A stretch of DNA of 50,058 nucleotides from assembly GCA_050331235.1 (NCBI GenBank), contig JBHJHA010000078.1, positions 1-50,058 on the forward strand. The letters are read 5' to 3'. The notes under the pieces were generated by a model that ran no database searches, was not told the origin of the DNA, and saw only the letters and a program-made list of their open reading frames with translations. This document shows positions 29,907-41,003 of this stretch, in pieces. The position numbers were made by a program, and so were the translations under genes. Positions within the stretch are counted from its first letter, which is position 1. Each line of letters starts with the position of its first letter. This DNA is from Leptolyngbyaceae cyanobacterium. GTDB taxonomy: Bacteria; Cyanobacteriota; Cyanobacteriia; Phormidesmidales; Phormidesmidaceae.

Positions 29907-30446
29907 TTATTTCTTCCCTGCCTTACCAGCCTTACGTCGAATATATTCGCCTGCGTAGCGCACACCTTTACCTTTGTAAGGCTCCGGAGGACGAGCAGCT
30001 CTAATTTTAGCGGCCATATTGCCGACAATCTCTTTATCAATGCCGCTTACAACTACGTTGGTATTGTTCTCAACTGCAAACTGAACACCTTCAGGCGGAT
30101 CAAAGACAACCGGATGGCTATAGCCCAAGCTCATATTCAGCGCTTGACCTTGCACCTGCGCTCGATAGCCCACACCTTGGATTTCCAGACGTTTCTGATA
30201 ACCGTTAGTGACACCTTCAATCATATTTGCAACCAAGGTCCGGCAAAGACCGTGGCGCTCACGAGACCTTCGGGAAGTATCTTGAGGCTGAACCAGAACG
30301 GTATCGCCTTCCTGGGAGATAACAACCCCCTCTGGTAAAACCCTCGAAAGCTCGCCTTTCGGGCCCTTGACTGAAATAGCTTGCCCATCAATGGTGACAG
30401 TGACTTTAGCCGGCACCGGGATCGGCCTTTTCCCAATTCGAGACAT
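29907..30446 (-). CDS. rplF: 50S ribosomal protein L6
   Basis: MSRIGKRPI and PEPYKGKG. Confidence 0.97.
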   Translation of the reverse strand: MSRIGKRPIPVPAKVTVTIDGQAISVKGPKGELSRVLPEGVVISQEGDTVLVQPQDTSRRSRERHGLCRTLVANMIEGVTNGYQKRLEIQGVGYRAQVQGQALNMSLGYSHPVVFDPPEGVQFAVENNTNVVVSGIDKEIVGNMAAKIRAARPPEPYKGKGVRYAGEYIRRKAGKAGKK

Positions 30447-30501
30447 GACTCAATTTCCTACCTTACAACCGCAAACAACTGACGAGACTTAAGATTTAGT
30501 C

Positions 30502-30903
30502 TTACCACACGTAGCAAAGTACCTCTCCACCAATTCCCTGGCGACGGGCATCGCGATCGGTCATAATGCCGCTCGACGTAGAGATGATGGCAATGCCAAT
30601 ACCACCCAGGACTCGTGGCAGTTCTTTACGGTTGGAATAAACGCGCAAACCAGGGCGGCTGACACGCTTCAGGTTCTTGATGATAGGGTCACGAGTTTTG
30701 CCGCGGTACTTCAGTTTAACCACGAGCGTGTTTCTTGTTCCTTCTTCAGAGATTGTGAAGCTCTCGATAAATCCCTCTTCTTGCAATACTTGTGCAATAC
30801 TGCGTGTCATCCGCGTAGAAGGAATATCCACAGTTTGATGACGAGCGAGATTTGCATTGCGAATCCGCGTCAACATGTCTGCGATTGTGTCGTTAGCCGC
30901 CAT
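30502..30903 (-). CDS. rpsH: 30S ribosomal protein S8
   Basis: [21 protein letters not shown] and GGEVLCYVW. Confidence 0.97.
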   Translation of the reverse strand: MAANDTIADMLTRIRNANLARHQTVDIPSTRMTRSIAQVLQEEGFIESFTISEEGTRNTLVVKLKYRGKTRDPIIKNLKRVSRPGLRVYSNRKELPRVLGGIGIAIISTSSGIMTDRDARRQGIGGEVLCYVW

Positions 30904-30924
30904 AGTTCTCTCCAGTGATTAAAC

Positions 30925-31470
30925 CTAATTCTCGCGGAAGGGCATGCCCAATTCCTTGAGTAGGGCGCGTCCTTCTTCGTCAGTGTTGGCCGTAGTCACA
31001 ATCGTGACGTCCATGCCGCGTATTTGATCGATGCTGTCATACTCAATCTCGGGAAAAATCAATTGCTCTTTCAATCCCAAGGTGTAGTTACCACGACCGT
31101 CAAAACTCTTACCGCTAACGCCTCGAAAATCCCGAATTCGAGGCAGGGTTAGATTAATTAGCCGGTTTAAAAAGGCGTACATTCGTTCGGAGCGCAGGGT
31201 AACCATCGTACCAACTGGCATACCTTGGCGGATTTTGAATCCAGCGATCGCTTTTTTGGCGCGGGTCACTACCGGTTTTTGTCCAGTAATTGTTGCCAAC
31301 TCTGCGACGGAGGCTTCCAATGCCTTGGCATTCTGAGAAGCCTCGCCTAGGCCACGATTAACGGTAACCTTGACCAACTTCGGGACCTGGTGAATGTTTT
31401 TGTACTCAAACTGTTCCATTAGTTTGGGTACGACTTTCTCTTGGTAAAACGCTTTTAGTTGTTCAGCCAT
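30925..31470 (-). CDS. rplE: 50S ribosomal protein L5
   Basis: [22 protein letters not shown] and FDGRGNY. Confidence 0.97.
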   Translation of the reverse strand: MAEQLKAFYQEKVVPKLMEQFEYKNIHQVPKLVKVTVNRGLGEASQNAKALEASVAELATITGQKPVVTRAKKAIAGFKIRQGMPVGTMVTLRSERMYAFLNRLINLTLPRIRDFRGVSGKSFDGRGNYTLGLKEQLIFPEIEYDSIDQIRGMDVTIVTTANTDEEGRALLKELGMPFREN

Positions 31471-31559
31471 TTAGACCATCCTCTCCAGCTTTCTGGGCTT
31501 GGTCAGAAAGCAAATCAAAACTTGTGCAATCGAAATCGTCAACTATCAACTCAGCAAAG

Positions 31560-31904
31560 CTAGTCAATGACTTCTCCGGTCTTTTTCAAAACCCGAACTT
31601 TCTTCCCGTCTTCGGTAAATGTGTAACCAACCCGGCTAGCTACCTTTTGTTTCTCGGAATAAAGCATGACATTGGAGCTGTGGATGGGCGCCTCTTCAGT
31701 CACAATTTGACCAGACTCACCATCTTGCCGGGGCTTGACATGCCGGGTTCGAATATTGGCGCCCTTAACAATCACTTGGCTAGACTTAGGCATCACCTTA
31801 ATGATTTCGCCCACCTTACCTTTGTCTTTGCCTGTAATGATTTGAACGGTGTCACCGGATTTGACATGCATCCGCATACTATTTTGAACATTTCTTTGAG
31901 GCAT
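31560..31904 (-). CDS. rplX: 50S ribosomal protein L24
   Basis: [16 protein letters not shown] and EAPIHSSNV. Confidence 0.96.
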   Translation of the reverse strand: MPQRNVQNSMRMHVKSGDTVQIITGKDKGKVGEIIKVMPKSSQVIVKGANIRTRHVKPRQDGESGQIVTEEAPIHSSNVMLYSEKQKVASRVGYTFTEDGKKVRVLKKTGEVID

Positions 31905-32269
31905 TAGAGAACCTCCGGGGCTAGAGAAACAATTTTGGTAAAGCTCTTGTCGCGGAGCTCTCGGGCCACCGGACCAAATACTCGAGTTCCTCGCGGATTG
32001 CCGTCTTGGTTGATGATGACAGCAGCATTATCATCGAATCGGATGCTCATGCCGCTACTACGGCGCAGCGACTTCTTAGTGCGAACAACCACGGCTTTAA
32101 CGACATCGGATTTCTTGACAGCCATGTTGGGGATTGCATCTTTGACAACTGCGACGATCACATCTCCAACGCCGGCATAGGTACGGTTACCGCCAAGCAC
32201 TCGGATACACATCAGCTTACGAGCACCGCTATTATCAGCAACGTTTAAGTAGGTTTCCTGCTGAATCAC
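31904..32269 (-). CDS. rplN: 50S ribosomal protein L14
   Basis: [19 protein letters not shown] and SLAPEVL. Confidence 0.98.
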   Translation of the reverse strand: MIQQETYLNVADNSGARKLMCIRVLGGNRTYAGVGDVIVAVVKDAIPNMAVKKSDVVKAVVVRTKKSLRRSSGMSIRFDDNAAVIINQDGNPRGTRVFGPVARELRDKSFTKIVSLAPEVL

Positions 32270-32281
32270 TCTCTGCCTCCT

Positions 32282-32533
32282 TTAGACTCTGTTGGTCCGG
32301 TTGAGAACATCGGCAACAGTCCAACGCTTAGTTTTGCTCAGCGGACGAGTCTCACGAATTCGGACGCGATCGCCTATTTTGCATTCGTTATCTTCGTCGT
32401 GGACTTTGTAGCGTTTTGTTTGAACCATGATCTTGCCGTATTTAGGGTGAGGAACCCGATTTTCCACCGCTACCACTACGGTTTTCTGCATCTTGTTACT
32501 CACGACAAGTCCGACGCGTTCTTTTACTGCCAT
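32282..32533 (-). CDS. rpsQ: 30S ribosomal protein S17
   Basis: [12 protein letters not shown] and [11 protein letters not shown]. Confidence 0.97.
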   Translation of the reverse strand: MAVKERVGLVVSNKMQKTVVVAVENRVPHPKYGKIMVQTKRYKVHDEDNECKIGDRVRIRETRPLSKTKRWTVADVLNRTNRV

Positions 32534-32544
32534 TATTTTCCTCC

Positions 32545-32814
32545 TTACTCCTCTTCTGCTGAGCTAATCGCTGCTGCCGAAGGCGTTTGAGTGCTATCGA
32601 TGGCTTGAGCCTCGGACAACTGTCGCTCTCGTAAAACAGTCATCAGCTGAGCCAGACGATGACGTTCATGCTTAAACTGATGTAAGCCGCTCTGCAACTG
32701 GCGAGTCGCTTGCTGAAACCGTAGGTCAAACAACTTGCGTTTAGTATCGGCAATTGCTTCTTCTAAAGCCTGATTATCAAGCTCACGGGCCTCTTTAATC
32801 TTAGGTAGTGCCAT
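32545..32814 (-). CDS. rpmC: 50S ribosomal protein L29
   Basis: [10 protein letters not shown]...LAQLMTV. Lies between rplP and rpsQ and has a short acidic C-terminal extension. Confidence 0.94.
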   Translation of the reverse strand: MALPKIKEARELDNQALEEAIADTKRKLFDLRFQQATRQLQSGLHQFKHERHRLAQLMTVLRERQLSEAQAIDSTQTPSAAAISSAEEE

Positions 32815-32817
32815 AAC

Positions 32818-33234
32818 TCAAGCCTCCTCCTCACGGGCAATAAACTTTGTCTTAAACGGAAGTTTGAAGGAGGCTAGACGCATGGCTTCCTTAGCGACTT
32901 CTTCGGGAACCCCAGCAATTTCAAAAACGACTCTCCCCGGCTTGACGACTGCAACCCAAAACTCAGGGTTGCCCTTACCAGAACCCATACGGGTTTCTGC
33001 AGGACGCATTGTAATTGGCTTGTCAGGAAAGACGCGAATCCAAATTTTTCCCCCACGGCGGACATAGCGAGTCATCGCTCGACGGGCAGCCTCGATCTGT
33101 CGAGAAGTTAGCCAGGAAGGCTCAGTTGCCTGCAATGCAAACTCCCCAAAATTGATCTTGTTTCCCCGCTGGGCCATACCTCGCATGCGACCCCGGTGCT
33201 GCTTACGAAATTTAGTACGTCTAGGACTTAACAT
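32818..33234 (-). CDS. rplP: 50S ribosomal protein L16
   Basis: [15 protein letters not shown] and ETRMGSGKG. Confidence 0.98.
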   Translation of the reverse strand: MLSPRRTKFRKQHRGRMRGMAQRGNKINFGEFALQATEPSWLTSRQIEAARRAMTRYVRRGGKIWIRVFPDKPITMRPAETRMGSGKGNPEFWVAVVKPGRVVFEIAGVPEEVAKEAMRLASFKLPFKTKFIAREEEA

Positions 33235-33303
33235 GGCTCAAACTTTGCCTACGAATCACATTCAAAAAAGACTGCCCCAATAACTGGGAAACTGATAGCT
33301 TGC

Positions 33304-34038
33304 TTAAGACTCGTTCGAACGGTCTTCAAACTGCTGACGCCGGCGCTGCTGGCGTCTTCTCGGTTGGGCGGCATCAGGGGCTGGTCGCTGATCTTCTTGG
33401 CCTGGAATGACCTCCCCACGGAAAATCCACACCTTGACTCCCAATACTCCATAAGTGGTTTGGGCTGTCCGATAGGCATAATCGACGTCGGCGCGCAGTG
33501 TATGCAGCGGCACTCGACCTTCACGGGTCCACTCGGTCCGGGCAATTTCAGCCCCATTCAAACGACCACTGACTTGAATCTTGATACCTTCTACCCCAGC
33601 TCGCTGAGCTCGCTGCAGGGCTTGACGAACCACCCGACGAAAAGCGACACGACGTTCCAGTTGCTGGACGATGTATTCTGCTACTAAAGGGGCGTCTGCA
33701 TCGACTCGGGTCACTTCAACGACATTGATTCGAATCTGCCGACTGGAATCCTTCAGCGCTTTCTGAAGACCGACGCGGAGAGCCTCGATACCGCTGCCTC
33801 CTCGACCAACTACAACACCGGGACGAGCCGTGCATACTTCTAGATCAATCTGGTCGGCTTTGCGCTCGATCCGAATGTCAGAAATGCCCGCATTGCTGAG
33901 ATTCTTCTCGATATATTCGCGAATAATATAGTCTTCCTTTAAAAGTTGTGGATAGCGATCGCTATCGGCAAACCACCGAGACCGGTGCTCTTGCACAATG
34001 CCTAATCGAAAACCGGTTGGATGTATCTTCTGTCCCAC
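33304..34038 (-). CDS. rpsC: 30S ribosomal protein S3
   Basis: [23 protein letters not shown] and [10 protein letters not shown]. Confidence 0.98.
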   Translation of the reverse strand: MGQKIHPTGFRLGIVQEHRSRWFADSDRYPQLLKEDYIIREYIEKNLSNAGISDIRIERKADQIDLEVCTARPGVVVGRGGSGIEALRVGLQKALKDSSRQIRINVVEVTRVDADAPLVAEYIVQQLERRVAFRRVVRQALQRAQRAGVEGIKIQVSGRLNGAEIARTEWTREGRVPLHTLRADVDYAYRTAQTTYGVLGVKVWIFRGEVIPGQEDQRPAPDAAQPRRRQQRRRQQFEDRSNES

Positions 34039-34090
34039 TCGTAATCCCTCAGATAAATACTGTACGATGAATGCCTAATCGACCTAGCAG

Positions 34091-34447
34091 CTACGACTCG
34101 CTCGGAGCAACGGCAATTGTAATGTGACAAGTCGGCTTGCGAATTTGATAAGCGCGACCCTGCGCCCTGGGGCGAAACCGTCTTAGAGTCGGACCCGCAT
34201 CTGCGAACGCTTCGCTGATTACTAAGGATGCTGGGTCTAAACCATTATTGTGCTCAGCATTGGCCACGGCAGACCGCAACACTTTGAGGACTGGATCACA
34301 AGCTCGGTAGGGCATGAACTCGAGAATGATAAGCGCCTCTCTGTAGGACAACCCTCGAATTTGGTCGAGGACTCGCCGCACTTTGTGAGGAGACATACGG
34401 ATATAGCGAGCAACCGCTTTAACCTGTTCAGTAGTATCAATAGCCAT
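34091..34447 (-). CDS. rplV: 50S ribosomal protein L22
   Basis: [17 protein letters not shown] and RPRAQGRA. Confidence 0.97.
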   Translation of the reverse strand: MAIDTTEQVKAVARYIRMSPHKVRRVLDQIRGLSYREALIILEFMPYRACDPVLKVLRSAVANAEHNNGLDPASLVISEAFADAGPTLRRFRPRAQGRAYQIRKPTCHITIAVAPSES

Positions 34448-34470
34448 TGAAATAATCTCCGTCCTCTCTG

Positions 34471-34749
34471 TTATCGACGCGCTTTCTTATCGCTCTTGGC
34501 ATGGCCCCGAAAAGTACGAGTCGGAGCAAATTCACCAAGTTTGTGTCCTACCATTTGTTCAGTCACATAAACTGGAACGTGCTGGCGACCGTTGTGCACC
34601 GCGATTGTATGCCCAATCATCTGGGGAATAATGGTTGATGCCCGAGACCAAGTCTTGATGACTTGCTTATCACCTTTGGAATTTAAGGCTTCAACCTTCT
34701 GCATTAAATGGTCCGCAACAAAAGGACCCTTCTTTAGAGAACGCGACAT
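34471..34749 (-). CDS. rpsS: 30S ribosomal protein S19
   Basis: RSLKKGPFV and [11 protein letters not shown]. Confidence 0.98.
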   Translation of the reverse strand: MSRSLKKGPFVADHLMQKVEALNSKGDKQVIKTWSRASTIIPQMIGHTIAVHNGRQHVPVYVTEQMVGHKLGEFAPTRTFRGHAKSDKKARR

Positions 34750-34826
34750 AACCCTTACAACCTCTCAAACCTTTAAATCCGAAAACTCGATACTCAGTAA
34801 TCAACGACTAGTTACAGCAGTAGCCC

Positions 34827-35690
34827 TTAAGTATTCCGACCACCTCGACCCCGCTTAGAAGTTCGGCGCCGTCGCCGGACGATTAGAGCACTACTCGCCT
34901 TCTTCTTCTTTCGAGTTTTAAGACCAAGGGCAGGCTTACCCCAAGGCGTCACCGGTCCACTACGACCGATAGGAGCTCGGCCCTCACCTCCTCCGTGGGG
35001 GTGATCAACTGGATTCATCACACTACCGCGAACCTCCGGACGGCGACCTAGCCAGCGTTTACGACCAGCCTTGCCCAGGGTGATGTTTCGAGAGTCAACA
35101 TGTCCTACTTGGCCAATCGTGGCGTAGCACTCACGACGAACCATGCGGACTTCAGTCGAAGGCAACTTAAGAGTGACGTAATTACCTTCTTTGGCGACAA
35201 CCTGGGCCGAAGTCCCGGCAGCACGTACGATTTGTCCACCCTTCCCAGGCTGCAACTCTACGTTATGCACCGATGTACCAAGGGGAATCTTGTGTAACGG
35301 TAGCGCATTGCCAATTTCTAACGGAGCTTCAGGGCCCGCCATCACGGTTGCTCCCACTACGAGGGAAGCAGGATGCAGAATGTATCGCTTTTCGCCATCT
35401 TCATAATGCAGTAGCGCAATGCGAGCATTACGGTTGGGGTCATACTCAATGGTGACTACCGTAGCTGGGATATTCCGCTTATTCCGGTAGAAATCGATAA
35501 TGCGATAGAGTCGCTTGTGTCCACCGCCGCGATGCCGACAGGTAATAACACCACGATTATTTCGTCCCTTAGCTCGATGTACAGAGACGGTCAATGATTT
35601 TTCGGGCTCAGAACGAGTGATTTCCGAAAACTCAGAAACCGTGCGCTCACGAGTACCAGGGGTAAGGGGTCGATATGAACGGATGCCCAT
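34827..35690 (-). CDS. rplB: 50S ribosomal protein L2
   Basis: [17 protein letters not shown] and [13 protein letters not shown]. Confidence 0.98.
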   Translation of the reverse strand: MGIRSYRPLTPGTRERTVSEFSEITRSEPEKSLTVSVHRAKGRNNRGVITCRHRGGGHKRLYRIIDFYRNKRNIPATVVTIEYDPNRNARIALLHYEDGEKRYILHPASLVVGATVMAGPEAPLEIGNALPLHKIPLGTSVHNVELQPGKGGQIVRAAGTSAQVVAKEGNYVTLKLPSTEVRMVRRECYATIGQVGHVDSRNITLGKAGRKRWLGRRPEVRGSVMNPVDHPHGGGEGRAPIGRSGPVTPWGKPALGLKTRKKKKASSALIVRRRRRTSKRGRGGRNT

Positions 35691-35744
35691 TGCTCAACTC
35701 ATTCAATAAACTGCATCAACGACTGACAAAAAAGCAGATGCTAC

Positions 35745-36050
35745 TTAGACATCAGGGAAGAGGGGAATGCTGTCACCTTCTGCCAAAGTGACGATCGCGC
35801 GCTTGTAACCGGGGCGAAACCCCTCAAAGCGACCAACACGACGCCTTTTTCGAGGCAGATTGGCAGTGCTGATGCCGGTGACTTTGACTTCAAAGAGCGA
35901 TTCAATCGCAGCCTTGATTTCTGGCTTAGTTGCCTTAGGGAGAACCTCAAATACATATTGATTGTTCTCTAGCAGCAGCGTCGCTTTTTCAGTAATTAAC
36001 GGCCGGCGAATCAAATCTGCCAATGCACCGCTTGTCGATACTTTAGTCAC
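35745..36050 (-). CDS. rplW: 50S ribosomal protein L23
   Basis: [19 protein letters not shown] and YKRAIVTL. Confidence 0.96.
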   Translation of the reverse strand: MTKVSTSGALADLIRRPLITEKATLLLENNQYVFEVLPKATKPEIKAAIESLFEVKVTGISTANLPRKRRRVGRFEGFRPGYKRAIVTLAEGDSIPLFPDV

Positions 36051-36678
36051 CGTAAACCTCCTGGATTTTCTCCATCGCTGTTGCCGTTACCACCAGCCGA
36101 TCAGCGTTGAGTAAGTCGAATACATTAAGGTTGTTTGCTGTCAGAACCTTGACCCGCTCAATATTGCGTAGGGACAAGGTGACGTTTTCAGGCTGCTCCG
36201 CCAAGATGAAAAGCACCTTTGAATTAGGGCTAACACCCCACCGCTCTAATGCTGCTACCATCTCACGGGTCTTTGGCCGAGGCAGCTGAGCAGCGAAATC
36301 TTGAACTACTACTGTGTCTCCCTCAAGACGGCTTTGAAAAGCTGTACGTAAGGCCAACCGGCGTTCTTTGCGGTTCATTTTGATACTGAAATCTCTAGGT
36401 TTAGGGCCAAAGATGACACCACCGCCTTTCCAGAGCGGTGAGCGACTGGAACCCGCTCGCGCCCGTCCAGTACCCTTCTGGCGCCAAGGCTTTTTACCAC
36501 CGCCGCGCACTTCAGAACGGGTCTTACTCGCCAGCGTACCCTGACGAGCATTGTTCATCTGTCGAACAAGCGCCCGATGCACGATGTGAGAAGCATTCTC
36601 CGGCTTCGCCACCTTCAGATCAATGGATGCCGTACCGGCTTCTTGACCTTGCCAATCTTGAACAACACACTCAACCAT
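36043..36678 (-). CDS. rplD: 50S ribosomal protein L4
   Basis: [25 protein letters not shown] and [11 protein letters not shown]. Confidence 0.97.
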   Translation of the reverse strand: MVECVVQDWQGQEAGTASIDLKVAKPENASHIVHRALVRQMNNARQGTLASKTRSEVRGGGKKPWRQKGTGRARAGSSRSPLWKGGGVIFGPKPRDFSIKMNRKERRLALRTAFQSRLEGDTVVVQDFAAQLPRPKTREMVAALERWGVSPNSKVLFILAEQPENVTLSLRNIERVKVLTANNLNVFDLLNADRLVVTATAMEKIQEVYGD

Positions 36679-36734
36679 CACTTTCGTCCCTTTTCACACA
36701 TCCAGATAATCTGTGCCTCACAGTCTCAGCTGCT

Positions 36735-37367
36735 CTAACCCACAATGTTGGTGGGAGCAATACTCAGCAGCCCACCAGGCTTACCAGGAATGGTGCCTTT
36801 AATCACCAAGAGGTTGTTTTCAGCATCAACGCGAACAACCGTGAGCTTGCGAGTCGTAACTTGCTTACTGCCTAAATGACCTGCCATTTTCTTGCCGGGG
36901 TAAACCCGTCCTGGAGTTGTTCCTGGTCCAATAGAACCTGGCAAGCGATGATTTTTAGAACCGTGGGTCATCGGACCACGGCGGAAGTTATGACGCTTTT
37001 GGTTGCCGGCGAAACCTTTACCGATGCTAGTCCCGGTGACATCGACTAACTGACCCGCTGCAAAGTTTTCGGCAGTCAAGGTTTGACCTAGCTCAAACTC
37101 ATCAGTTTTGTCGACTCGATATTCTTTCAAATGGCGAACAGGAGTCGCTGCCGCTTTAGCTAGGTGCCCTAACTCGGGCTTGGTCAGAGCCTTTTCTGCG
37201 ACTGTGCCATATCCCACTTGAATAGCAGCATAGCCGTCAGTTTGATCTGTCTTTACTTGAGTGACCACACAGGGGCCAGCTTGAATAACGGTGACAGGAA
37301 TCGCATTTCCTTCATCGTCAAAAATTTGGGTCATACCCAGCTTGGTTCCAAGAATCCCAACTGACAC
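36735..37367 (-). CDS. rplC: 50S ribosomal protein L3
   Basis: [26 protein letters not shown] and [12 protein letters not shown]. Confidence 0.98.
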   Translation of the reverse strand: MSVGILGTKLGMTQIFDDEGNAIPVTVIQAGPCVVTQVKTDQTDGYAAIQVGYGTVAEKALTKPELGHLAKAAATPVRHLKEYRVDKTDEFELGQTLTAENFAAGQLVDVTGTSIGKGFAGNQKRHNFRRGPMTHGSKNHRLPGSIGPGTTPGRVYPGKKMAGHLGSKQVTTRKLTVVRVDAENNLLVIKGTIPGKPGGLLSIAPTNIVG

Positions 37368-37531
37368 GGTTACCTGTCTCCGTTGCTACACGTTACCAAA
37401 TAGACGAGCGCCCGACTTCTGACGTGATCGCCAGATATCAATCGCCCAAAACAATCCACAGGACATAAAAGCCCCATGGCAAGATTGCTTGAAAACAAGC
37501 AAATCAATCAAAACGCCATACAGCGCTTGCC

Positions 37532-37574
37532 AGACAGAAAACAGCTATCACTAAACAAGTGGTTTAGCGATAGC
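37532..37574 (-). terminator. Intrinsic-terminator-like hairpin in the rplC leader
   Basis: Minus strand GCTATCGCTAAAC-CACTT-GTTTAGTGATAGC forms a 13-bp stem with one G-U pair, followed by TGTTTTCTGTCT. Confidence 0.55.
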
Positions 37575-37671
37575 ATTCGCAGACAAGATTTTTGAATCGA
37601 AGCAATCTGGTAGTTGTCACTACAGACTTAGAACGATTGCCGTCCAGTTTCCGTTTCAGCGACAGTTACTC

Positions 37672-37700
37672 ATATTACACAGATTAGATAGAAATGTCCA
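37672..37700 (-). promoter_or_regulatory. Candidate sigma70-type promoter of the rplC operon
   Basis: Minus strand TGGACA (37700-37695), a 17-nt spacer, then TAATAT (37677-37672). Confidence 0.55.
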
Positions 37701-37863
37701 GGAAAAAATTGGAGGATGGATTTTTTGCCTTGGGGGGTAGGGGTACTTGTGTCTCTGGAGAGGGGCTCGTGCACTGTCTGGCGGTCTGTCCCTAGTCTCT
37801 AAGGATTTTTCAAAGGATCGATTTTCGCGATCGCGGAAAGTTGCCTGTGCCCAGCGAGAGCAT

Positions 37864-39288
37864 TTACTCAGAAGTGTTGAAGAGGGGTAGCTGAATTTCG
37901 TATTCGGTGCCGCTGCTCTCACTGGCTGATTGAAAGCAAGAAGCTGGCGATCGCACGCTGAATTTGCCTCCATGTTTAGCGGTGATGAGCTGGTAGCTAA
38001 ATGCCAGGTCCGTTTCACGCTCTAAGCGATGGCGGATTGAAAAGAAGGCACGGATTTGCTGTAGCGCTACTGGAGATAAGCCTGGTCCATTATCAGCAAT
38101 GGTGATGACCACGGCGCGATCGCGCTGAGCTTGAGACTGTTCACTGCGATCGCGCAGTCGAGTAGTGATCACAATTTCGGGCGGGGAAGGGAGATCCTCG
38201 GGAGGGGTGGCCGGAGCCATCGCCATGAAGTCTGCTGCGACTGACTGGCGTGCGGCCAAGCCAAGCAGTTCGTCAATGCAGCGGGATAATAGGTTCATCA
38301 GTACCTGACTAAGTTGCCCCGGAAAACAGGGGACTGGGGGGAGGGCCGCGTATTGTCGAGTAATAGTGATGTGAGTATTGAGCCGACTCTTGAGTAGTAA
38401 GACGATGCTATCGATCAACTCGTGCAGATCTACAGGGCGCGGGTAAACTTCATCAATATGGCAAAAGTTTTGCAGGCTGCTGGCTAATTGTTTGAGTCGA
38501 GCGGCACCGCCTTTTATGCTTTGCAAGGCGCTGGGAAGATCCTGTCGTAAATAATTAAGCTCGATGTCTTCCTTGAGCTCGGCCAACACCTGTGCTTCGG
38601 CCATTCCGGCCTCAACCGATTCGTAGGTCTTTATCAGATTGAGTAGCTGCTGACAATAGCTGTCAACGTGGCTCAGGTTGCCCCAAATGAATCCCAAGGG
38701 GTCCATGATTTCGTGGGCAATGCCGTCAACAAGGCGGCCTAGCGCGGCCATTTTGTGGGTCTGCAACATGGCGGCTTGAGTGCGCTCATGGCGAACTTGA
38801 ATCTCAATACCACGAATCTGCCAGTGCGCTTGGTTTAAGTCATGGGCATTTAAGAGGCGATCGCCACTGTCTGTTTTGACCAATAACGGCTCCCCATGGA
38901 ACTCCGTAGGGCGGCGTAGGGCGGCTCGGGCGGCGACCAAAATCAAGGTTTTTTGGGTGAAGACCAAAGGCTGGAGTCGCGCATAGCTATGAATGACCGA
39001 TAGCGGTTCGTCAAAAAAAAGCTCGCGACCTTTAGGACGCAATAGATACTCAAAAAATCTTTGCCGTGAGAGGACTCCCACTCCCTGATTGGCATCGCAA
39101 AGAAGCAAGCCCGGCAACTCTGGGCGCTGGTTAAACAAAGTGACAGCGGTGCTGCAGAGATCGTCGACGCCGAGCTGAGCTTGATGTAATGGGAGGGCCT
39201 GCAAAGTAGAGTCGGTCCCCAGTGTCATGACAGGCAATGTGGATGACTGACTGACATCAAGCTGATTCAAAGAAGCGCGGTCAGGCAT
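37864..39288 (-). CDS. Atypical sensor histidine kinase-like protein (degenerate ATP-binding boxes)
   Basis: KMAALGRLVDGIAHEIMDPLGFIWGN H-box, QLSQVLMNLL and IADNGPG. The G2 position reads ERETDLAFSYQLI. Start uncertain (39288 or 39351). Confidence 0.82.
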   Translation of the reverse strand: MPDRASLNQLDVSQSSTLPVMTLGTDSTLQALPLHQAQLGVDDLCSTAVTLFNQRPELPGLLLCDANQGVGVLSRQRFFEYLLRPKGRELFFDEPLSVIHSYARLQPLVFTQKTLILVAARAALRRPTEFHGEPLLVKTDSGDRLLNAHDLNQAHWQIRGIEIQVRHERTQAAMLQTHKMAALGRLVDGIAHEIMDPLGFIWGNLSHVDSYCQQLLNLIKTYESVEAGMAEAQVLAELKEDIELNYLRQDLPSALQSIKGGAARLKQLASSLQNFCHIDEVYPRPVDLHELIDSIVLLLKSRLNTHITITRQYAALPPVPCFPGQLSQVLMNLLSRCIDELLGLAARQSVAADFMAMAPATPPEDLPSPPEIVITTRLRDRSEQSQAQRDRAVVITIADNGPGLSPVALQQIRAFFSIRHRLERETDLAFSYQLITAKHGGKFSVRSPASCFQSASESSGTEYEIQLPLFNTSE

Positions 39289-39585
39289 GGGGGCGATCGC
39301 AATGATTCGGTAGGGCCATATGTAAGCGACCACAGTATGCCCAAATTTCATTCTACTTAGCGGTCTGGTAAAAACTGACAGGATCAGGCGCTATCGAAAA
39401 ACCTGCAAAGGGCGGCCCCGTAAAGAGTAATACGAAAAATCCTGGTAGTTGAGTGTTAATGTTTGTGAATGTCCTTGACGGGGAATAAAAGACATAACGG
39501 GCTCTGGAGCTCAAGCCGGGCAGAGAGTCTGAACCCTTCAGATGGGTTGATCTTTTCCCGTCATTCCACCAAAGTCCTTAAACGC

Positions 39586-40938
39586 ATGGTTCAAACTGCT
39601 TCAGCCAAAACAGGTTCGCCCTCCACTATTGATATCAAAACTGCCCATCGGGTTGTCATTGTTGGTGGCGGGTTTGGGGGACTTTATGCAGCGCAGTCTT
39701 TGAAAACAGCGCCAGTCGAGGTGACGCTTATTGACCGGCGTAATTTTCATCTGTTTCAACCTTTGCTGTACCTAGTGGCGACTGGAGGGCTCTCTCCGGG
39801 GGATATTGCCTCTCCTTTGCGGTCTGTCCTCAACCAGCAAAAGAACACCCATGTGTTGCTAGGTGATGTTTGCGGCATTGATCCCGACGACCAGTGCCTG
39901 ACTCTCAAGGATGGAGAAACCGTATCCTACGACAGCCTGATTTTGGCAACTGGTAGTGCTCATCATTATTTTGGTAATGATCACTGGGAGGCGATCGCCC
40001 CTAGTATTAAGACGATTGAGGATGCTCTGGAGGTCCGGCGGCGCATTTTCTTAGCGTTTGAAAAGGCGGAACTCGAGCCTGATCCGGAAATTCGTAAAGC
40101 GCTGCTGACCTTTGTTGTGGTGGGAGCTGGCCCAACGGGAGTAGAAATGGCTGGGGCGATCGCCGACTTAGCTTTTCACACCTTACGCAATGATTTCCGC
40201 AATATTGAGCCACTCTTGACCCGCATTATCTTGGTAGAGGGCATGGATCGTGTGTTGCCGCCCTTTGCCCCTGAGCTATCGGCCAAGGCAGCTGAGGACT
40301 TGCAGAAATTGGGCGTCGAAATTCGCACCAATACCTTCGTAACGTCTTTAGAAAACGAGAAAGTTACCTTCAAGCGTGGCGATCACATCGAAACCCTGAG
40401 CGCTCACAATGTCTTTTGGGCTGCCGGAGTGAGGGCCTCTTCTTTGGGCAAGGTTGTAGCGGAAAAGACTGGGTCGCAGTGCGATCGCGCTGGGCGCATC
40501 CTCGTTGAACCCGATTTTAGCTTGCCCAACTACTCCAACATCTTTGTGATTGGCGATTTGGCTAACTATGCCCACCAAGAAGAGAGACCCTTGCCAGGTG
40601 TGGCCCCGGTGGCGATGCAGGGCGGCAAATATGTGGCGCGGGTTATTCGCGATCGCCTACAAAACAAACCGACTCCCGACTTTTACTACAAAGACAGCGG
40701 CAGTCTGGCCATTATTGGTCACAGTTCCGCAGTGGTTGATCTGAACTGGACCAAAATGACTGGGTTTCCGGCTTGGGTCGTGTGGGCATTGGTTCACGTC
40801 ATGTTTTTGATTGAGTTTGACAACAAGGTAATTGTCATGACGCAGTGGCTGTGGAACTTCTTTACCCGCAACCAAGGGGCGCGTCTAATCACCGGTCGCG
40901 ACCAAATCAAGAGCAATCAGGCCTTTATGAAGCAGTGA
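39586..40938 (+). CDS. ndh: Type II NADH:quinone oxidoreductase (NDH-2) family FAD-dependent oxidoreductase
   Basis: VVIVGGGFGGL, HLFQPLLY, VVGAGPTGVEMAG, WAAGV, IGDLA and LPGVAPVAMQ. Confidence 0.9.
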   Translation: MVQTASAKTGSPSTIDIKTAHRVVIVGGGFGGLYAAQSLKTAPVEVTLIDRRNFHLFQPLLYLVATGGLSPGDIASPLRSVLNQQKNTHVLLGDVCGIDPDDQCLTLKDGETVSYDSLILATGSAHHYFGNDHWEAIAPSIKTIEDALEVRRRIFLAFEKAELEPDPEIRKALLTFVVVGAGPTGVEMAGAIADLAFHTLRNDFRNIEPLLTRIILVEGMDRVLPPFAPELSAKAAEDLQKLGVEIRTNTFVTSLENEKVTFKRGDHIETLSAHNVFWAAGVRASSLGKVVAEKTGSQCDRAGRILVEPDFSLPNYSNIFVIGDLANYAHQEERPLPGVAPVAMQGGKYVARVIRDRLQNKPTPDFYYKDSGSLAIIGHSSAVVDLNWTKMTGFPAWVVWALVHVMFLIEFDNKVIVMTQWLWNFFTRNQGARLITGRDQIKSNQAFMKQ

Positions 40939-41003
40939 TGCATGTCGGTCATCGCAGCTCAGATAGTGCCCTCAATGAGCATAATTGTCGCTACCGTAGG
41001 GAT

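Noticed and set aside
26247..36875. Numerous plus-strand ORFs antisense to ribosomal genes (e.g. 26247..26762, 31524..31907, 36438..36875)
   Set aside because: These are shadow ORFs of conserved genes with no recognisable motifs.
26127..37367. Many GTG/TTG starts (rplC, rplW, rpsC, rplN, adk, infA)
   Set aside because: Common for these genes in cyanobacteria and not evidence of recoding.
28922..37400. Absence of rpsJ, rpsN and rpmD from the S10/spc cluster
   Set aside because: This is the normal cyanobacterial arrangement.
37656..38018. 120-aa minus-strand ORF overlapping the kinase 3' end
   Set aside because: No motifs, and it overlaps both a real gene and the predicted rplC promoter.
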